A DNA stretch of 57,856 nucleotides from Calditrichia bacterium (GTDB lineage: Bacteria; Calditrichota; Calditrichia; RBG-13-44-9): the NCBI GenBank assembly GCA_037381445.1, contig JARRQT010000001.1:19567-77422 (forward strand), written 5' to 3'. How positions within the stretch are numbered: position 1 is the first letter of the stretch; each line of letters starts with the position of its first letter. The position numbers and the translations under genes are program-made. The notes under the pieces are model-generated. The model made no database searches. It worked only from the letters and a program-made list of their open reading frames with translations, and was not told the origin of the DNA. This document shows positions 55,564 to 57,856 of this stretch, piece by piece.

Positions 55564-57856
55564 ACTGGTTCAATACTTTTTGGAATGCCGCTATGGATGC
55601 GTCGGTTTGCCCCAGGTTGACATAGCTCAGACCAATCCAGTACTGTGCCTTGGGTGCCATCAGAGAACCGGGATACCGCTGCAGGAAATTCCGGTAAGCC
55701 TCAACCGCTTCCTGAAACTTGTTCTGTCCGAAATAGAAGTCACCGCGCCGGATGAGCAGTTCCTGGCTCAGTTTGCTGTTGGGATTTTGGCGGATGTACT
55801 GATCCGCCACCTGAAAGGCCTTATTCACCTCGCCCATCTGCATGGCCGACCACTGCAGTCCGCTGATGGCCTCTCCCGCCACCGCACTGGCGGGAAATTT
55901 TTCGATCACATCTTCATACCATATCATGGCCGCCCTGAAGTCGCGCTTGTTATAAAATGCATCGCCGATTTCATAATAAACGCGAGCCAGCAGGTCGCTC
56001 CTGGGGTAGGTCTGAATAAATTCTTTGTCAATCTGGATGGCCCGCTCGAAATCATTTTCCATGAAATAGCTTCTTCCGATGAGATATTTGGCATTCTCGT
56101 CGTAGTTATTTTTGCCGCTGCTCTGCAGCAGTTTCTGGAATTCACCGCGGGCGGCAGTATACTTTTCCTCCTTCAGATAACACATGCCGATCTGAAAATT
56201 TGCCCATTCCCGCTCGTTTCCTGTCGGGAAATTCCGCAGGTAACGCTGATAATAAATCACCGCATCATCATACTGCTTTTGAGCAAATAGCGCATCCGCT
56301 GTCCGCAGCAGCGCATCTGAAACATAGGCCGGTTTCTGAGTTTCCCGGCTCAGCCGGTTGAATGCATTTACCGCATCCTGATATCGGTTCAGTTGATAAT
56401 AACACCATGCGACGCCGTATTGGGCATCAACCGAATATTCGTGCCCGGGGTATTTTTCCAGGTACTGCTGGTAGGCTTGCAGCGCCTCCGGATAAGCCCC
56501 TTCATTGTATAATGCTTCTCCCAGCCAGTACTGGACCTCAGCGGCAAAAGATCCGTCCGGATATTTCTGTATGTAATCTCTCAAATCCTGTGAGGCGACA
56601 GCATACTCGCCCAGTTGAAATGCAGTCCATCCCCGTTTGAATAATACTTCCTGCAAAATATTGTCAGGCGCAATCCGAATACTGTCCAGCGTCTGCAGTG
56701 CATTCTGATAATTCTTCAAACCTATCCAGCAGTCTGCTTCCATCTTGAGGGCGTCCGGCTTTAATTCGCTTTCCGGATACAGATCGATCAGCTTTTTAAG
56801 ATAATTGAGTGATTCCTGATACTGGTTCGCCGCGAAGGCAATTCCGGCGATTTCATATAAAGCATCGTCCGCGAATTCGCTTTCGGGATGGGTCAAAAAT
56901 AGTTGATTTAAAAGTTGATCGGCCTCCTGGGTATCGCCCAGATTTTTCTTGCAGACACCACTGTAAAAGAGAGATTTGATGCCGTTTTCGCTCTGGGGCT
57001 GATTGGTATAGAGGGTGTGAAAAATATCATACGCCCGGGCGTAGTCCTTTTCGGTCAGATAGGTCCAGCCCAATGAAAACTGCGCTTTCCAATAGATGTC
57101 ATTTTGAGGGAATTCCCGGATCACCCGCTGGTAGATTTCGCGGGATTTCTGAATTTCACCTTTTTCAAAGAGCGCTTCCCCAATCAGATAAAGCCCCTGA
57201 GGTTTGAACTGATCCCGGGTGTCTTTTTTCAATCCTGCAAAAGTGATATCGATTGCCTGGTCGTACTTCCCCATTTCATAATAGATATTGCCCTGGATGA
57301 AATAGGCCTCCAGACTCAGTTGGTGGTCCGGAAATTTACTTACCAGTTTTTGATAGGCATTCAGCGCCTTTTCCGGCTGCTGGGTATCCTGGTAAATCCA
57401 GCCCAGACTGTAATAGGCATATGCCTTTATCTCGGCCTGGGGATAATTCTGTACGCACTTCAAATACGCCGATTCAGCCTTATCCATCAGTTTTAATTTA
57501 TAATAACTCTCGCCAATCCAGTAGTAGGCCTCTGCGTCCAGTTCGTGGTTTGGATATTTCTCAATGAATTTCTGCAGTTCTGTGATGGCCGGATTGAATT
57601 GGTTGTTCTTGAAATAGGAAAGGCCCAGCCTGAAAAGCGCTTCGTCAGCCAGACTCCCGTTGGGGTATTTGTTCAAATGCTCCTGATAGAGCTGTATTGC
57701 TTCGGGATAGCGGTTCAGATAAAAATAACATTCCCCGTTCAGGAAATCCACCTCTTCGGCCAGGGAGCTGTTGGGATATCTCTGTGAAAAATTCTGAAGC
57801 TGCGATAACGCCAGTTCATACATGCCGTCGTCGAACATTCCCCGGGCGGTCAGATA
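55364..57856 (-). CDS. Giant tetratricopeptide-repeat protein, 5' end off the window, 3' end lost by frameshift near 55445-55480
   Basis: More than 20 consecutive TPR-like units (A..Y..G..Y...G.Y..A...F......P.S). The frame stays open to the window edge (..YLTARGMFDDGMYELA). The last ~30 codons (SGSSRVPHRTGQDLFRPEKNRRRSK) are Arg-rich nonsense. Confidence 0.8.
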   Translation of the reverse strand, partial: YLTARGMFDDGMYELALSQLQNFSQRYPNSSLAEEVDFLNGECYFYLNRYPEAIQLYQEHLNKYPNGSLADEALFRLGLSYFKNNQFNPAITELQKFIEKYPNHELDAEAYYWIGESYYKLKLMDKAESAYLKCVQNYPQAEIKAYAYYSLGWIYQDTQQPEKALNAYQKLVSKFPDHQLSLEAYFIQGNIYYEMGKYDQAIDITFAGLKKDTRDQFKPQGLYLIGEALFEKGEIQKSREIYQRVIREFPQNDIYWKAQFSLGWTYLTEKDYARAYDIFHTLYTNQPQSENGIKSLFYSGVCKKNLGDTQEADQLLNQLFLTHPESEFADDALYEIAGIAFAANQYQESLNYLKKLIDLYPESELKPDALKMEADCWIGLKNYQNALQTLDSIRIAPDNILQEVLFKRGWTAFQLGEYAVASQDLRDYIQKYPDGSFAAEVQYWLGEALYNEGAYPEALQAYQQYLEKYPGHEYSVDAQYGVAWCYYQLNRYQDAVNAFNRLSRETQKPAYVSDALLRTADALFAQKQYDDAVIYYQRYLRNFPTGNEREWANFQIGMCYLKEEKYTAARGEFQKLLQSSGKNNYDENAKYLIGRSYFMENDFERAIQIDKEFIQTYPRSDLLARVYYEIGDAFYNKRDFRAAMIWYEDVIEKFPASAVAGEAISGLQWSAMQMGEVNKAFQVADQYIRQNPNSKLSQELLIRRGDFYFGQNKFQEAVEAYRNFLQRYPGSLMAPKAQYWIGLSYVNLGQTDASIAAFQKVLNQYGDSDVAPDAMFQLAIQYRQNGELDKSLNYFGRILSGSSRVPHRTGQDLFRPEKNRRRSKSSEPGY

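Noticed and set aside
1-57856. Search for CRISPR arrays, tandem or interspersed repeats, tRNA/rRNA/tmRNA/RNase P, IS elements, integrases, toxin-antitoxin or defence genes
   Set aside because: None was seen by eye in the intergenic regions or the ORF set. All large ORFs are accounted for by housekeeping, signalling or envelope functions. A computational repeat/Rfam scan is still advisable.

Overview
57.9-kb chromosomal segment of a moderately AT-rich bacterium. Several genes suggest an FCB-superphylum-like uncultivated lineage (inference only): a T9SS-type C-terminal sorting domain, an S46 dipeptidyl-peptidase, a DUF4834-like peptide and hrcA-grpE-dnaJ without dnaK. I call about 50 protein genes; from 8.8 kb onward nearly all lie on the minus strand, many with 1-17-nt overlaps. 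Most content is housekeeping: carA-carB, purF-folB-folK-deoxynucleoside kinase, obg, dprA, comEA, hrcA-grpE-dnaJ, ogt, dCMP deaminase, an rRNA m5C methyltransferase and a beta-CASP RNase. Signalling genes are an orphan histidine kinase, a membrane GAF-PP2C phosphatase, a GAF-HD-GYP protein and a REC-GGDEF protein. Envelope genes are a NatAB-like ABC pair, a PAP2 enzyme, an AT-rich glycan cassette (Wzx, three glycosyltransferases, one methyltransferase) and a TPR / beta-barrel / ExbB / ExbD / TonB block. I found no rRNA, tRNA, CRISPR array, transposase, integrase or recognisable defence genes. Nothing here can be defended as a clear new system. The best candidates for a second look are: (1) the TPR - apparently plug-less TBDR-like barrel - ExbBD - TonB module, whose TPR gene carries a frameshift; (2) the translationally abutted GAF-PP2C / PAP2 pair; (3) the compositionally foreign glycan cassette and the 19-codon Lys-rich mini-ORF beside it; (4) an 18-bp perfect palindrome at the carA start; (5) hrcA without a CIRCE element. 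All product calls come from motif recognition by eye, with no database search.
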